NCBI GenBank assembly: GCA_951406725.2
Contig: OX597820.1
Coordinates: 119,722,001 to 119,786,000, forward strand
Origin: Octopus vulgaris
Taxonomy: Eukaryota
Length of the DNA: 64,000 bases
Direction: 5' to 3'
The notes under the pieces were generated by a model, which was given only the letters and a program-made list of their open reading frames with translations, made no database searches and was not told the DNA's origin. Shown in pieces: positions 27,386 through 40,594 of this stretch. How positions within the stretch are numbered: position 1 is the first letter of the stretch; every line of letters begins with the position of its first letter. A program made the translations under genes and the position numbers.

Positions 27386-27529
27386 AGGGTTAAATGCAAC
27401 AAGTTGCATTGTTGCATTTAACCCTTTATTATAATTATTATAACCCTTACCAAATATGGTCCTTTTCCATACCGACAAATCTACTAGGTGAAATTTTATT
27501 AAATTAATTATATTCCACCCTTTATTGAA

Positions 27530-27535
<6 letters not shown>
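27385..27535 (+). mobile_element. Truncated TA-associated element end with an 18-bp snap-back hairpin
   Basis: aagggttaaatgcaacaa-gttgca-ttgttgcatttaaccctt; the remainder matches 39720-39848. Confidence 0.75.
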
Positions 27536-27576
<41 letters not shown>

Positions 27577-27580
27577 TATA

Positions 27581-27792
27581 AAGTTAATCCAAACAAGAAA
27601 ACAAAAACAAAAAAAACAACAACGCAAGGATGTGGAACAAATAAAGTATTATTGGACGCTCAGGAAAGAAGGGAAGAAGGAGGGTTTGACGTTTCGAGCG
27701 GAGCTCTTCGTCAGAAGCATAGGAGAAGGAAAGATCCTGAGAAGGGAAGACAGGGGAAAAAAATCGCTAGTGATACAGACGAGATCACATAA
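27581..27792 (-). mobile_element. Short Penelope-like element next to (TA)n
   Basis: Homologous to 45319-45499; contains a minimal hammerhead. Confidence 0.75.
27684..27718 (-). ncRNA. Minimal type I hammerhead motif
   Basis: gctt-CTGACGA-a gagc tcc gctc-GAAAC-GTC/aaac. Confidence 0.7.
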
Positions 27793-27818
27793 GGGCTCCT
27801 AAATGAGGATGCCATGTG

Positions 27819-27858
<40 letters not shown>

Positions 27859-28141
27859 ACATGTATATATATATATAGAGAGAGAGAGAGTGATAGATAG
27901 ATATAGATATATATATATATACACATATATACATACATACATGAATACATATGTTGATTCACAGATGGCCTTAAGTTGTAAAACATCAGTTTAAATATAT
28001 GTCAGAAAATATAAGTGTTTTGCATTAAATTGAATGTTCCTGTCTTACCAAACATTTAGATGAATACAATATACTTATGAATCAGCACAGAATTATTTGG
28101 AATCGTGACGTAATGGAGACGATTTGGTTTGTTACATATAT

Positions 28142-28556
28142 AGGCGCAGGGGTGGCTGTGTGGTAAGTAGCTTGTTTACCAGCCACATGGTTCCGGGTTC
28201 AGTCCCACTGCGTGGCATCTTGGGCAAGTGTCTTCTGCTATAGCCTCGGGCCGACCAATGCCTTGTGAGTGGATTTGGTAGACGGAAACTGAAAGAAGCC
28301 TGTCGTATATATGTATATATATATATGCGTGTGTGTGTATGTGTTTGTGTGTGTGTGTTTGTCCCCCTAGCATTGCTTGACAACCGATGCTGGTGTGTTT
28401 ACGCCCGCGTCACTTAGCGGTTCGGCAAAAGAAACCGATAGAATAAGTACTGGGCTTACAAAGAATAAGTCCTGGGTTCGATTTGCTCGACTAAAAGGCG
28501 GTGCTCCTGCATGGTCGCAGTCAAATGACTGAAACAAATAAAAGAGTAAAAGAGTA
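28142..28556 (+). mobile_element. SINE family A
   Basis: Full-length copy. Confidence 0.93.
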
Positions 28557-28777
28557 TATTATGACATTTTGCTTAATGCTTAAATAACAATTTAGTTCCT
28601 ATTAGATCAGCACCGACTTCCCGTATTTGAGATAGGAAAGAGTTAACTCGTGTATATTTGACTGACTGTCACCTACAGAAATTGTTGGTGATGAGATTTA
28701 ATACTTTTGTATAATGCTGTTTATTATTAGTAGTGATATTATTACATAGCAAAAATAAAGTAAAACTGATACTTTTG

Positions 28778-29047
28778 ATCCGATCATAGAAACAGTCTGC
28801 TCGTGAAGTAAACGTGCAAGTCGGCTGATTACTTCTCAGACACGCGTAATCTTAACATAGCTCTGGGCGAGATTCAGCGTGACACAGAATGTGACACAGG
28901 TACAACTCAATTTTGCTAGCTAAGTGGATTGGAGCAACGTGAAATAGAGTGCCTTGCTTAAGGACAGAGCGCGCTGGTGGATCTTAAACTCATAAGACAT
29001 TACAATCGTAAGCCGAATACCGCAAACACTAAGACACTCGCTTTCAC
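28778..29047 (-). mobile_element. SINE family D, diverged
   Basis: Aligns with 25820-26105. Confidence 0.8.
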
Positions 29048-30562
29048 ATAGAGCCAAAACGAATAGCCTCTAAATCCCATGGGACATGTATTAAAATTAC
29101 GACATTCTTATAAATTGTTTGCGGTTGTATCTGAGTACAAAGACTTGGATTATTAAAGACCGTCATCTTTGATACAGTAAAATGATGCAATGTCTTACTT
29201 GCTGACAATTTATATGGTAATTTTAAACTTCTTAAACTGTTGAAATTGACATTGATTTTGATCGATAACGTAGTACCAGTAATGTGTCGAGGCCCATTTA
29301 ATCGATTACACCTGACCACCGCTAAATTTTGTACTTCTGTCAATATTAAAATATTTTTATTATTGTAATTAATTTGAGTAAATATTCGATGTTTGAAAAA
29401 AATAATTTCTTATTCTATTGAATATAAATTGCGACTAAGTGCGACTGGCCAGTCAACCTTAGACAAAAATTCTTCAACCGTAACACTATAATTGAATGGG
29501 TCTGTGGAAACTTTCCGTTTAATATATCTTCAAACTTTTTTTATCGGGTTGGTTTGTTTGTCTTGCTTAACATCCTGCAAGAGAGAGAGAGAAACACACA
29601 ATAAAAAAATAAAAGTAAAACAGCCAAGGAAATGTAGTTATTGAAATGACTTTTGATGTTTGTAATAATATAAAAAAAAGTCACTTATGTGTAATGATGT
29701 TTCAAGAACGACCAGTATTTAATGTTTTAATTGCGTCTTCTTCGCTTTGTTGATTTCTGACAATTTACTGAAGTTTCATGTCTGCTGGAATTTCATAGCT
29801 TTAATGGGTACGATTTTCATGCCTGAACTATTAGTAGTAGTATGTCATATTGTAACAGTTAGGTGTGATTAAAAGGGGAAGAAAATAATGAGTGAATAAA
29901 ATGAAAATTAAAAGTGAGTGAACGGAGACTGGATTATTGGCAACGCGTCAAAACATTTGACTCTAGATTCATACACTATATCAGAGAATACTTTTCTTCC
30001 TGTCGATAATCACTTTAGTATATCTAAATTATTAGGTGGGTCTTGTTTGCCTTAACGAAAATCCACGCAATGGCACACTTTCACGACATGGCACCGATCT
30101 CAGGATAATCTTCTCATTTAGTTCCGCAGTAACAGAAGTCTTGTAAAATTGATAAAAGGATAAGAGGTGAAAAAATTCTATGTAATATATTGCACGGAAT
30201 ATCGAAGCACTTCGAACATACATCTTATAGAATACTCTTATAATAAGATCATTAGTACCAGCTGGTAATTGCTGAGTGCTTCGAATATTTTACACATTAT
30301 TTCATTAATGTGATCTAACAATAGCTGTGTACCTGCACATCGTTAGGTGAGACGTTTTGTATATAAGATTTGACCTGAAAAGTGATTCATTGAATATAAA
30401 GTTATTATGGAATACTATAAATTCCTGTCCCCTATTGAGACTGCAACAGCAAATCTGTTTCCATTAAACAGGGGAAAATGAGTAGGGAATGAATATAATT
30501 TCTCATAAATCGCTTAGATACGGTTACGATTAATAGACTGGAAATCTCCGATACTAGGTTGA

Positions 30563-30971
30563 TACTCTTTTACTCTCTTACTTGTTTCAGTCATTTGATG
30601 TGGCCATGCTGGAGCACCGCCTTTAGTCGAGCAAATCGACCCCAGGGCAATTCTTTGTAAGCCTAGCACTTATTCTATCGGTCTCTTTTGCCGAAACGCT
30701 AAGCTACGGAGACGTAAACATACCAGCATCAGGTGTCAAGCAATGTTGGGGTGGGACAAACACAGACACAAAAACATATACACACACATACATATACATA
30801 TATACATATATATGACGGGCTTCTTTCAGCTTCCGTCTACCAAATCCACTAATAAGGCTTTGGTTGGCCCGAGGCTATAGTAGAAGACACTTGCCCAATA
30901 TACCACGCAGTGGGACTGAACCCGGAACCATGTGGTTGGTAAACAAGCTACTTACCACACAGCCACTCCTG
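30563..30971 (-). mobile_element. SINE family A
   Basis: Full-length reverse copy. Confidence 0.93.
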
Positions 30972-31232
30972 ACTTTTAATATACAAGTAAACAAAGTAAA
31001 CTGGATTAGGACTATTTATTCAACAAAATGAGATACCTATTCAGATGTTCAAAACCAGTTGTGATTTATCCCACATCATGCGAAATGAGTATTTTTTTAT
31101 TACACTGTCTCGCGTGCAATGTTTGGCAAATAAGCAAGATATTCACTATGCAAGTGAAACTTAAAAACCCGATACTCGTTAGTTGGACTTAAAATGTCTG
31201 ATTCATGGAATTTTACTGATGAACCCAAACAT

Positions 31233-31659
31233 AGGCGCAAGTGTGGCTCTGTGGTAAGTAGCTTGTTTACCAACCACATGGTTCCGGGTTCAGTCCCACT
31301 GCGTGGCACCTTGGGCAAGTGTCTTCTACTATAGCCTCGGGCCGACCAAAGCCTTGTCAGTGGATTTGGTAGACGGAAACTGAAAGAAGCCCGTCGTATA
31401 TATGTACATATATATATATATATATATGCGTGCGTGTGTTTGTGTGTCTGTGTTTGTCCCCCTAGCATTGCTTGACAACCGATGCTGGTGTGTTTATGTC
31501 CACGTAACTTAGCGGTTCGGCAAAAGAAACCGATAGAATAAGTACTGGGCTTACAAAAGAATAAGTCCCGGGGTCGATTTGCTCGATTAAAATGCGGTGC
31601 TCCAGCATGGCCGCAGTCAAATGACTGAAACAAGTAAAAGAGTAAAAGAGTAAAGAGTA
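31233..31659 (+). mobile_element. SINE family A
   Basis: Full-length copy. Confidence 0.93.
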
Positions 31660-32000
31660 TGTCTTGCACATGAGCGTGTCGGATGAACACTACCAGATCT
31701 TGTGAGGGTGTATCATACTGAAACACACTAAAGTTGCGATGACTCCACTTACAGCACGGATATCATTGTGCTTGTTTTTAGAGCATAAATATGTGAAGGA
31801 AATTGCCACCTTTATCATTGATTTATTTGTATTGTAGAGATATAACAATCTGAGTAGTTGGAGCAGCCTTGTATTTTCCCGATGACTTCAAGCCTGAAAA
31901 TGTACTATAATGAAATATGTCCAACATTTAGCTATAAGTGACGAGGGAATTGCAAGTGGGGAAGAGATTTAGTGACATATACCCTACGCTTCGAAAAATA

Positions 32001-32413
32001 TTTACTCTTTACTCTTTACTCTTTTACTTGTTTCAGTCATTTGACTGCGGCCATGCTGGAGCACCGCCTTTAGTCGAGAAAATCGACCCCAGGACTTATT
32101 CTTTGTAAGCCCAGTACTTATTCTATCGGTCTCTTTTGCTGAACCGCTAAGTGACGGGGACGTAAACGCACCAGCATCGGTTGTCAAGCAATGCTAGGTG
32201 GACAAACACAGACATACAAACATATACACACACACTTATATATATATACATATATATAAAGGCTTCTTTCAGTTTCCGTCTACCAAATCCACTCACAAGG
32301 CATTGGTCAGCCCGGGGCTATAGCAGAAAACACTTGCCCAAGATGCCACGCAGTGGAACTGAACCTTGAACCATGTTGTTGGTTAGCAAGCTACTTACCA
32401 CACAGCCACTCCT
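32001..32413 (-). mobile_element. SINE family A
   Basis: Full-length reverse copy. Confidence 0.93.
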
Positions 32414-33113
32414 CCAGAAGGTTTATTCAAAAGAAATTCATTATTCAGCTTTATTATGGTAAATCCGTTCACTGTCTTCATGTTAGTTGTAACCTCTTTG
32501 CTCCTATCATATTACTAATAGACGCACACAGAAACCTCATTCTTTTGAAGAAAATAAGGGACTAATTATTTTTGTTTAATAACATCCTTTTCAACTTTCC
32601 TAAAGATAAATTGTGAGGAGTAAACAGTCGGTATTTTCAACCCTATTTCATGACTGGTATTATTGTTTAAAAAACTGGAAGGAAGAAATACAAATATTAG
32701 ACGAATAGGTTTCAAAAACGCGTATAAGGATACATCATTACATCTTCCCAGTTGCAAATTCCTTTTTAATTATGTTAATTATTTGGAGAAATAATTTGAT
32801 TTTGCTTCAAGTTACAAAGTTGCAACTACTGTAAATAATGAATCTGCTTTGTTCAGAAATAAGGAAATATGACATAACAGAATTTAAAGAATATGGTTTC
32901 GGTGAAAAATGCAACATTGCCGATGAGACAAAACTTTGAAATTCACTATATTCCATCTTAATAAATTTTCTGTATAAGATTTCGAATATATTGAGTATAC
33001 CTGTTACTTTATGCATTCATCTTACGAAGTCAATTATATAAAGCTAAAAACAAAGACAGATATATTTCCAGTACTGTATATTGCACTCCTGTTTCTATCA
33101 TTTGTGTGGACAG

Positions 33114-33546
33114 GGATATTTTCGGTTTGAACGGTAGGTTTTTTTCTAGCGGTGTCATATGAAATTGTCACCCATAATTATAACCCTAGAATGGATCTAT
33201 TGCATTTCAATCTCTATTAGGGTTAGGGTTAGTTAGGGTTAGGGTAAGGGGTGGGGGAAGGGTATATTTTTTCTTCACAAATGTAAATAAACCCCAATCT
33301 GTTTCTTAAACGAGGGACATATTCATAAGGCACAGAATGCCTTTTACCTCAATAGACGTCACTGATTGATTGAAATTGCAGAAATTGAAGAAAAAAACAA
33401 CAAATATCTTACAAACTATAGAATTTTCTCAATAAAACCAAGAGAAAAAGATGTTTTATAAACACATTCTGCCAGTATACAAAGTTTAAAATTTTTTAGT
33501 TACCTAGAAATTATGTTAAAAACTGCCGTTCAAACCGAAAAGATCC
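33114..33546. mobile_element. Non-autonomous DNA transposon (Merlin-like MITE) with internal TTAGGG repeats
   Basis: TIRs ggatattttcggtttgaacgg / ccgttcaaaccgaaaagatcc; perfect 8-bp TSD gtggacag (33106-33113, 33547-33554). Confidence 0.88.
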
Positions 33547-35029
33547 GTGGACAGTTATAACTAGGAAACACTGTCAACTTACTGATGACTTTTATGAGCA
33601 TAATCAAAGTACAGTACTTCTTATGTTGGGTCAAACATTCCCCATTCATATCAATACAGTTAACCAGTCTACTTTCCATTTGTCAGATGCGACATGTCTG
33701 AATTTGGTGGTTTTGCACGCTGACGAAAACGGAAGGAACAATATTTCTTATTGGAAATCGAAGCAATGGTACAAATAGATTTAAATAAAAAAAATCCTCA
33801 TTCTATTCTAAAGTTGTCAAACTTCAGCACTCCTCTCCCATAATTTACACTCAATCTCATCTCCCACGTTACTATCCTTCTCTTTGTTTCGTTCTTTCTA
33901 ACCTAGTTTCTTTCACACGTCTTACCGTTTATGTATGCATGCTCACGTTGCCTCGCGTTCTTCACAATTTGCAACCAGTTGCTGAAACATAAAGGATGCA
34001 AAATTCTGCGAAAATTTCCTTTTTTCATTCTAGTCATTTTAAAATTTAACTGAAAAACATAATCTGTCCAACGCGTTGGATAATAAAAAGCCATCGGCTA
34101 TTTCAACGTATTTCTTTGTCGGTTTTACTATAGACATATTATATACATACTATACACGCACACACAACACCCACACATACATACACACATACATACTTGC
34201 GTACATACATACGTACATACATACATGCATACATGCGTACAAACATACATGCATGCATACAAACACGCACATATTCATACAAACACATACATACACGTAT
34301 ATATGTACATTTATAAATATGTAGACAAAAACATGATCCATATATAAAGTATCTATCTACCTCTCTCTGCATAAATACACAATTTGTAACAATTTTTTTT
34401 CTTGAATACGCAATTTGTAACAGTTTTTCTCCTCTTGAAATGGCCGGAAGGCAAACGAAAGAAACAAAATTTGAATATTTACGTAAGTATTACGAATAAG
34501 AATTCTATTTACTTTATAAAAAATACATTTGGCAAGGAATATCAATCTTCATGTTGGTAACCGTTTTAAGCAAAACTCATGTTTGCACATAAAAATCTGT
34601 AAAAAACAATAATTCAAACAAAATGAAGACGTCTTTGGAGTTATTATTATTAAAGGAAGATATTTTAAAAAGAATGAATAATTATTTGTAAAATCACTAA
34701 AATAAAAGAAAGCTTCTTCAGCGGCCAATTTCCTATGTTTATATACATGTACTAACTTATATATATATACACATCTCTCTCTCTCTCTCTTTCTGTCTGT
34801 CTCTCTCTCTCTCATCGCCTCTCTTTAAGCGTGGACTGCTCTTTACCAGATCTTCTGCATGTGAAACTAGTCCAGCACTCTTTATGCGCCCAATGAATGT
34901 CCTAACCATTCTCTGCCACCGTTAACTAGGTTACTGGATTTACGTCTCCCATTATTAGATTTTGGATGAATAATGGTATGAGGGTTTGAACTCAGAATGT
35001 ACAGTGCCAGACGTTACACGATAAATGAT

Positions 35030-35195
35030 CTCTGCCGACACACCATCGAATCTGACACTCTCCCACACACATTTCACAAGTGAAATGAAGCGTTTGCTCA
35101 AGAACAACAATACGTCGTCCGGTCCAGGATTTGAAGCCACGGTCACTAAATCGAAATGCAATGCCCTAACCTCTTGGTCAAACACCTTCACCACA
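35030..35195 (-). mobile_element. SINE D-like, strongly diverged
   Basis: Remnant tRNA head and ttcttgagcaa core. Confidence 0.5.
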
Positions 35196-35215
35196 CCTGT
35201 CTATCGGTCGGTTGG

Positions 35216-35412
<197 letters not shown>

Positions 35413-35464
35413 CCTATCTACATATCTACATATCTATCTATCTATCTATCTAAATATATATATA

Positions 35465-35900
35465 TATAAGCGAGTTAGGAAAGTCAATATACACTAAATA
35501 TTAAATACATTCAATACAAATCTACTTTTTGTCAACACTTAAAAAGTAAAATTCTTTCCTGAAGACGGAAGCTGGTATTATCCGATGACGGAATCAATTT
35601 ATAATCATTATCTTGGCTTGCCAAAGCCCCCTTTCCCCCACGAAACAGCTATTGGACTCGTAAAACACTTACTCAACCCCTTTAATTCCTGATATCATGT
35701 CTATTATGTGTAAGTCAGAACTTTTCACATGTAAACATATATCTTAATTCATTTTATATTAAATGTAATTAAGACTTTTCGTATGTCGACTTGCATAACT
35801 TGCTGAACCTAACATTTAACCCTCTGCCTGCTCTAGTTTAAATCCCTTGAGCACTACAAGGTGCATTCTATACAGAGAATATCTGTCTCTCATGTATAAA
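35465..35900 (+). mobile_element. TA-associated Penelope-like end with a decayed long-stem-II hammerhead motif
   Basis: ttc CTGAAGA (35559-35565) ... cGAAACAGCTATT gga (35642-35656), resembling GAAACAGCTGTA. Confidence 0.4.
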
Positions 35901-36695
35901 ACAATATATATAACCATACACACACACAGACTCACACACACCTATGAATATATGTATGTATGATTGTATGAATGTATGTGTGTATGTATGTATGCATGAG
36001 CATTTTCTGGCTATATAAGATATGCATCACCAGCAATATGCATTTCTTTACAAAGCTAACGACCTTGAACAACAGCATTTGGTACCATTTAGTAGTAGTT
36101 CTCGGGTGGCAAAGATAATTTTAGATTTTCCATACCTAGGATACAGAACATGGGTAACCATGAAATATCTTTCATACTCGTCACGCAAGCACTCGATTCT
36201 GCCAGAAATTGTATAAAATAATAATTCTTTTTACCATTACCACAAGAGCTGAAAATTTATTGGACATAGCTAGTTGATTATATCGGCCCAAATGGTTTTA
36301 TTGGGAATTCTTTTTTCTTTTTCGAACCCGGAAATGGTAATAGTAAAATCGACCTCAGTGACATCGCAACTAAAAGCACAAAAAACCGATAATGTGCGAC
36401 AGTAATGATTATATTCACAGAACTGCATTTAAATCGTAATTTAATTTTCTTTTACATGTGCTACGTAGCAATATATCAGCAAATAGTCTTCACTCTATTT
36501 GCATATTAGCCACAAGCCAGTTCTACAGGTTATTGATAACCAACAACAATTGGCGAAATGTCGCTATCTACCATCCTATATTTTTGTCCGAATTGAGTTA
36601 TTTCACTAGGCCTGTGTTATTCAGGTATTCTTTATAATTCGACGTAAAAACATAACTACATAAGTTATGTATGTGCGACATAAATACACACACAC

Positions 36696-36743
<48 letters not shown>

Positions 36744-36829
36744 GCAGGTGTGCAATGTATGTATTTGTATATATACACATATGTATGTGCGTGTGGGTAT
36801 TATTATCATTATTATTATTATTATTATTA

Positions 36830-36882
<53 letters not shown>

Positions 36883-36900
36883 CATTATTATTACTATTAC

Positions 36901-36981
<81 letters not shown>

Positions 36982-36983
<2 letters not shown>

Positions 36984-37683
36984 TATGTTTGACTTTTGCT
37001 TTATGTCTGTACAAGTTGGCTCCAAGTCTCACCCAGAGACCCAAGAGACAACAGGTTGGAAGATCTGTGCCATATATTTTTTTTTCTTTTTCCTTTCCTT
37101 TTCTCCTTTTCCTTTTCCCCTTTTTTCTTGTTTTTTTGGTGGTGTACTAGTGAATGTCTAATACATAAAAAAAAAAGGTTTGTTTTAAACCTTGGGATTA
37201 CATAGAGAGTATTTTGCGTAGGATATGAGCAGTTCCCATGAGCACTATCTTTTGAATTTCTGCCATTTTGGGGTTTCCTGGTATCTGAGTTAGGTAGCAA
37301 TCAGCCCTTTCGCTATCATTCCCAGGGCACCTATGACAACAGGTATTGTTTTAGTCTTCAGCTTCCACATTTTGCTGATTTCTATTTCAAGATCTTTATA
37401 TTTGCTCAGTTTTTGGTAGGTCTTGACAGATACGTTTATATCGATTGGGACAGTCATATCAATGAGGAGGCATGTTCTTTGTTTGAAGTCTTTCAATATG
37501 ATGTCTGGCCTATTTGCATCTATCTTCCTGTCAGTTTGAATGGTGAAGTTCCAGAGGAGTGAGATGTGGTCATTTTCAAGCACTGGAGGTGGATTGTGTT
37601 CCCACCAGTTTTTTTCATGGGGCAAGTCCAGGTTTTTGCAAATTACCCAGTGAATATATTGTGCAGCTCTATCATGCATACTG
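36982..37683 (-). mobile_element. R4/Dong-clade LINE 3' fragment (restriction-like endonuclease) inserted in (TAA)n
   Basis: HDRAAQYIHW...LLWNFTIQTDRKIDANRPDIIL...LIDMTVP...KLSKYKDLEIE...IPVVIGALG; flanked by (TTA)n on both sides. Confidence 0.93.
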
Positions 37684-37684
37684 A

Positions 37685-37769
<85 letters not shown>

Positions 37770-37829
37770 ATTGTTGTTATTATTATTATTATTGTTATTA
37801 TTATTATTATTATTATTGTTATTATTATG

Positions 37830-37907
<78 letters not shown>

Positions 37908-38012
37908 GCCTTTTGCACAGCTTCTAACGCGGGAGATGTACTACGGTATCAGCTGTTAACTACCAGTGAACTAAGGTAACACATTTTATTTTTCGAGCAC
38001 CTTCCGGAGTAT
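37908..38012 (-). mobile_element. R4/Dong 3' UTR fragment (second subfamily)
   Basis: Reverse complement of ~50825-50930. Confidence 0.85.
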
Positions 38013-38014
38013 TA

Positions 38015-38252
38015 TTAAAAGTAATAGTGACATGACAGATGAACAAAATGCAATCTACGACAGAATGAAGGTAAGACTACAGGAGAACGATAACAACATT
38101 ATTTGCAACCTTAAAATGGCTGATCGACGGAAATTGAACCAAGAAACGTAAAATGTCAATGAAATTCTGAAATACATCAGAACAAACAGAATAAGTTATT
38201 CAGAGTAGATCAGATGCCATTCTATAAAGAAATAAATGGCAAATGTACTGAT
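38015..38252 (+). mobile_element. R4/Dong N-terminal ORF fragments (opposite orientation)
   Basis: NLKMADRRKLNQET*NVNEILKYIRT, then QNKLFRVDQMPFYKEING (QNxLFxxDQKxFY-like). Confidence 0.6.
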
Positions 38253-39116
38253 CATCAGAGGGAAGCCACCTTTCCGACTGCTATCTTCACAAAGACCAGA
38301 CAAGCTTATCCTGTCTCTTTCATAAGCTGTCTCCTTAAGCATTCAGAATAATTTGGCTTCCCTCTGATCACGTGTCAGCGACGAGAGAGTCAAGGAGGAG
38401 TAAGAGAGAGAGAGAACGGTGAAGGGGAGATGAGAAGAATAGGGAAGGGTGGGAGAGGAAAGCAGAAAGGATGAAGAACAAGAGAGGGAGAGATATAGAC
38501 AGAGAAGAAATAGTAAAGAGTAAGAGTGCGCATCATAATTATCAAGATAAAACTTACTTGGAAAAGGATGCGTGACATTCGATCATATAATAATATAAAT
38601 AATATATAAATATATGTATATATACATACATATATGTACATACCTACATATATATGCATATATACAAGCATATTATATGATCGAACGTTCTGTCTTTTTA
38701 CTGTCCTCTCATTGTTGTGTCTCTTCCTGTTTTCAGTCTTTTCTGGTCTGTACTGCTTTGTTATTACTGTCCTGTTCTTGTTATCACTTTCACCCTCCGC
38801 AAAAAGCATCCCAAATTATATTTCATTTGATTTGCGGGAGGGACTGTTTCAACGAATTCGCGTCTTGTCCTTACCTTCCGAACGCGGACTAGACGAAACA
38901 GGGAGAACTGAAGAAAATTCTTTATGTTGTATGTCTCGTTTCTCGTTTTTTTTCGTTCTTTGAAACAAAGTTCGTTTCTATGCTTTTGTTTTTATGTTTT
39001 CGTTTCTTATTATGTTCAACATTTTTATTTATATCCTCTACCCATAGATGCATGTATATATACATATATATGTAAGTATGTAATATATGTATATATGCAT
39101 ATATTTATATATTATT

Positions 39117-39162
<46 letters not shown>

Positions 39163-39250
39163 AATAATATATAAATAATATATAAATATATATATATATA
39201 TTGTAGTATTTTGTGACAACCAGTAACTAACACAACCAAGCGTTTACATG

Positions 39251-39296
39251 TTACTTTTGACAATCTTTTTCTAAAAAAGTGAAACCGGTAAAGTAA
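39251..39296 (+). ncRNA. Minimal hammerhead motif with mutated core (probably inactive)
   Basis: ttactt-TTGACAA-t cttttt cta aaaaag t-GAAACCG-GTA/aagtaa; perfect stems I and II, palindromic ACCGGT stem III, core CTGACGA>TTGACAA. Confidence 0.6.
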
Positions 39297-39389
39297 ATAA
39301 ACAGCTTTTAAAATTGCATTTTCAAACCTTGCATATATAATTCCACTCGTGCGGTACCTTACAACTCTACTTTGTTATATATATATATA

Positions 39390-39843
39390 TTCGCATATCT
39401 GTATAAGTGTAGGAATGGTAACAGACCGTTGGATCGTTCGATGTCGCTGGTCGTGGTGGTGTAACGGGTGAGTTTTACCCCTAGCATTTCTAGATTTATA
39501 GGAAATATTATTTTGACAAGGAAATGAGCCTTCGGTTCTAATCCAAAAACGATTCGACTATAATTAATCCATAGGCTGGGATTTCGTTATTTTCTTCCTT
39601 TTTTTGCCATATACAGGTTACAAATTCTGTTTGTTTGTGGAGACTTTTTATTAGTAGGGGAAATAGTGATCAATTTTGGCTGCTATTTCTAATATTTTCG
39701 GTATGTGGTTTTGAGCAACTTGTTGCAATTAATCCTTAATTATAATTATTATAACCCTTACCAAATATGGTATTTTCCATACCGATAAATCTACTAAGTG
39801 AAATCTATTAATTTTATTAAATTAATTATATTCCACCCTTATT

Positions 39844-39848
<5 letters not shown>
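39390..39848 (+). mobile_element. TA-flanked Penelope-like end with a decayed hammerhead (39505-39565)
   Basis: attatt-TTGACAA-gga..gagccttcggttc..tcc-AAAAACGATTCGAC-tataat; parts shared with 24872-25016 and 27409-27535. Confidence 0.55.
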
Positions 39849-39906
<58 letters not shown>

Positions 39907-40518
39907 GATGTGTTCTCGCGTAGTCTTTATCTGCTAAATCTAAATAATAATATATTCATACAAATTAATTTATGCTAGAAAGAAAATGACTGAGATGCCA
40001 TTGCTTGATTTTGTATCTATCAGAATGTCTTTCAAATGAGATTATTTTAAAGCCCATATTTATAAATCATAAATAGTCGGCCATATCTGTTGTCTAACCC
40101 CAACATATAGCATGAGCTCTACGTTTATTAATGACCCATGAGATAATAAATGAAGTACCAAATTACAAATGATTTCGAACACTAAGCTCCAAAACATCGA
40201 TTAACATTTGTTTGAAGGTCAGTTTATCAGAGAGACGTAAATTTTAAACTTCACATTCGATGATCTTCAAGGAAAGTCTAAATTCACAAATACTAGTACA
40301 AGCAATACTTCAAGTAAATACGCTTCAGATATTTATTTTCTAAAACCCAGGAGAGCTTTCGGCAACATCATATAGATATATGCAAGCGTATCGTATATAT
40401 ATATATATATACATATATATCATTGCATTGTGTTCTCACACACAAACAGACGCACAATCACACACACGATGTAAATACACATTTACATACAAATGTGTAA
40501 AATATATTCCGACAGACC

Positions 40519-40594
<76 letters not shown>

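Noticed and set aside
30196-30293. Nested inverted repeat aatatcgaagcact...agtgcttcgaatatt as a possible pre-miRNA
   Set aside because: Stem only ~14 bp with a large, irregular interior; no recognisable mature miRNA
31100-31726. 208-aa ORF and recurring peptides such as RQASFSFRLPNPLTR
   Set aside because: Antisense reading of SINE family A; recurs at every copy
33217-33250. Telomere or chromosome-fusion remnant
   Set aside because: The TTAGGG units are internal to a TIR/TSD-bounded MITE present twice
38800-38920. GAAAC and CTGAAGA boxes with nearby hairpins
   Set aside because: Order and pairing could not be assembled into a type I, II or III hammerhead
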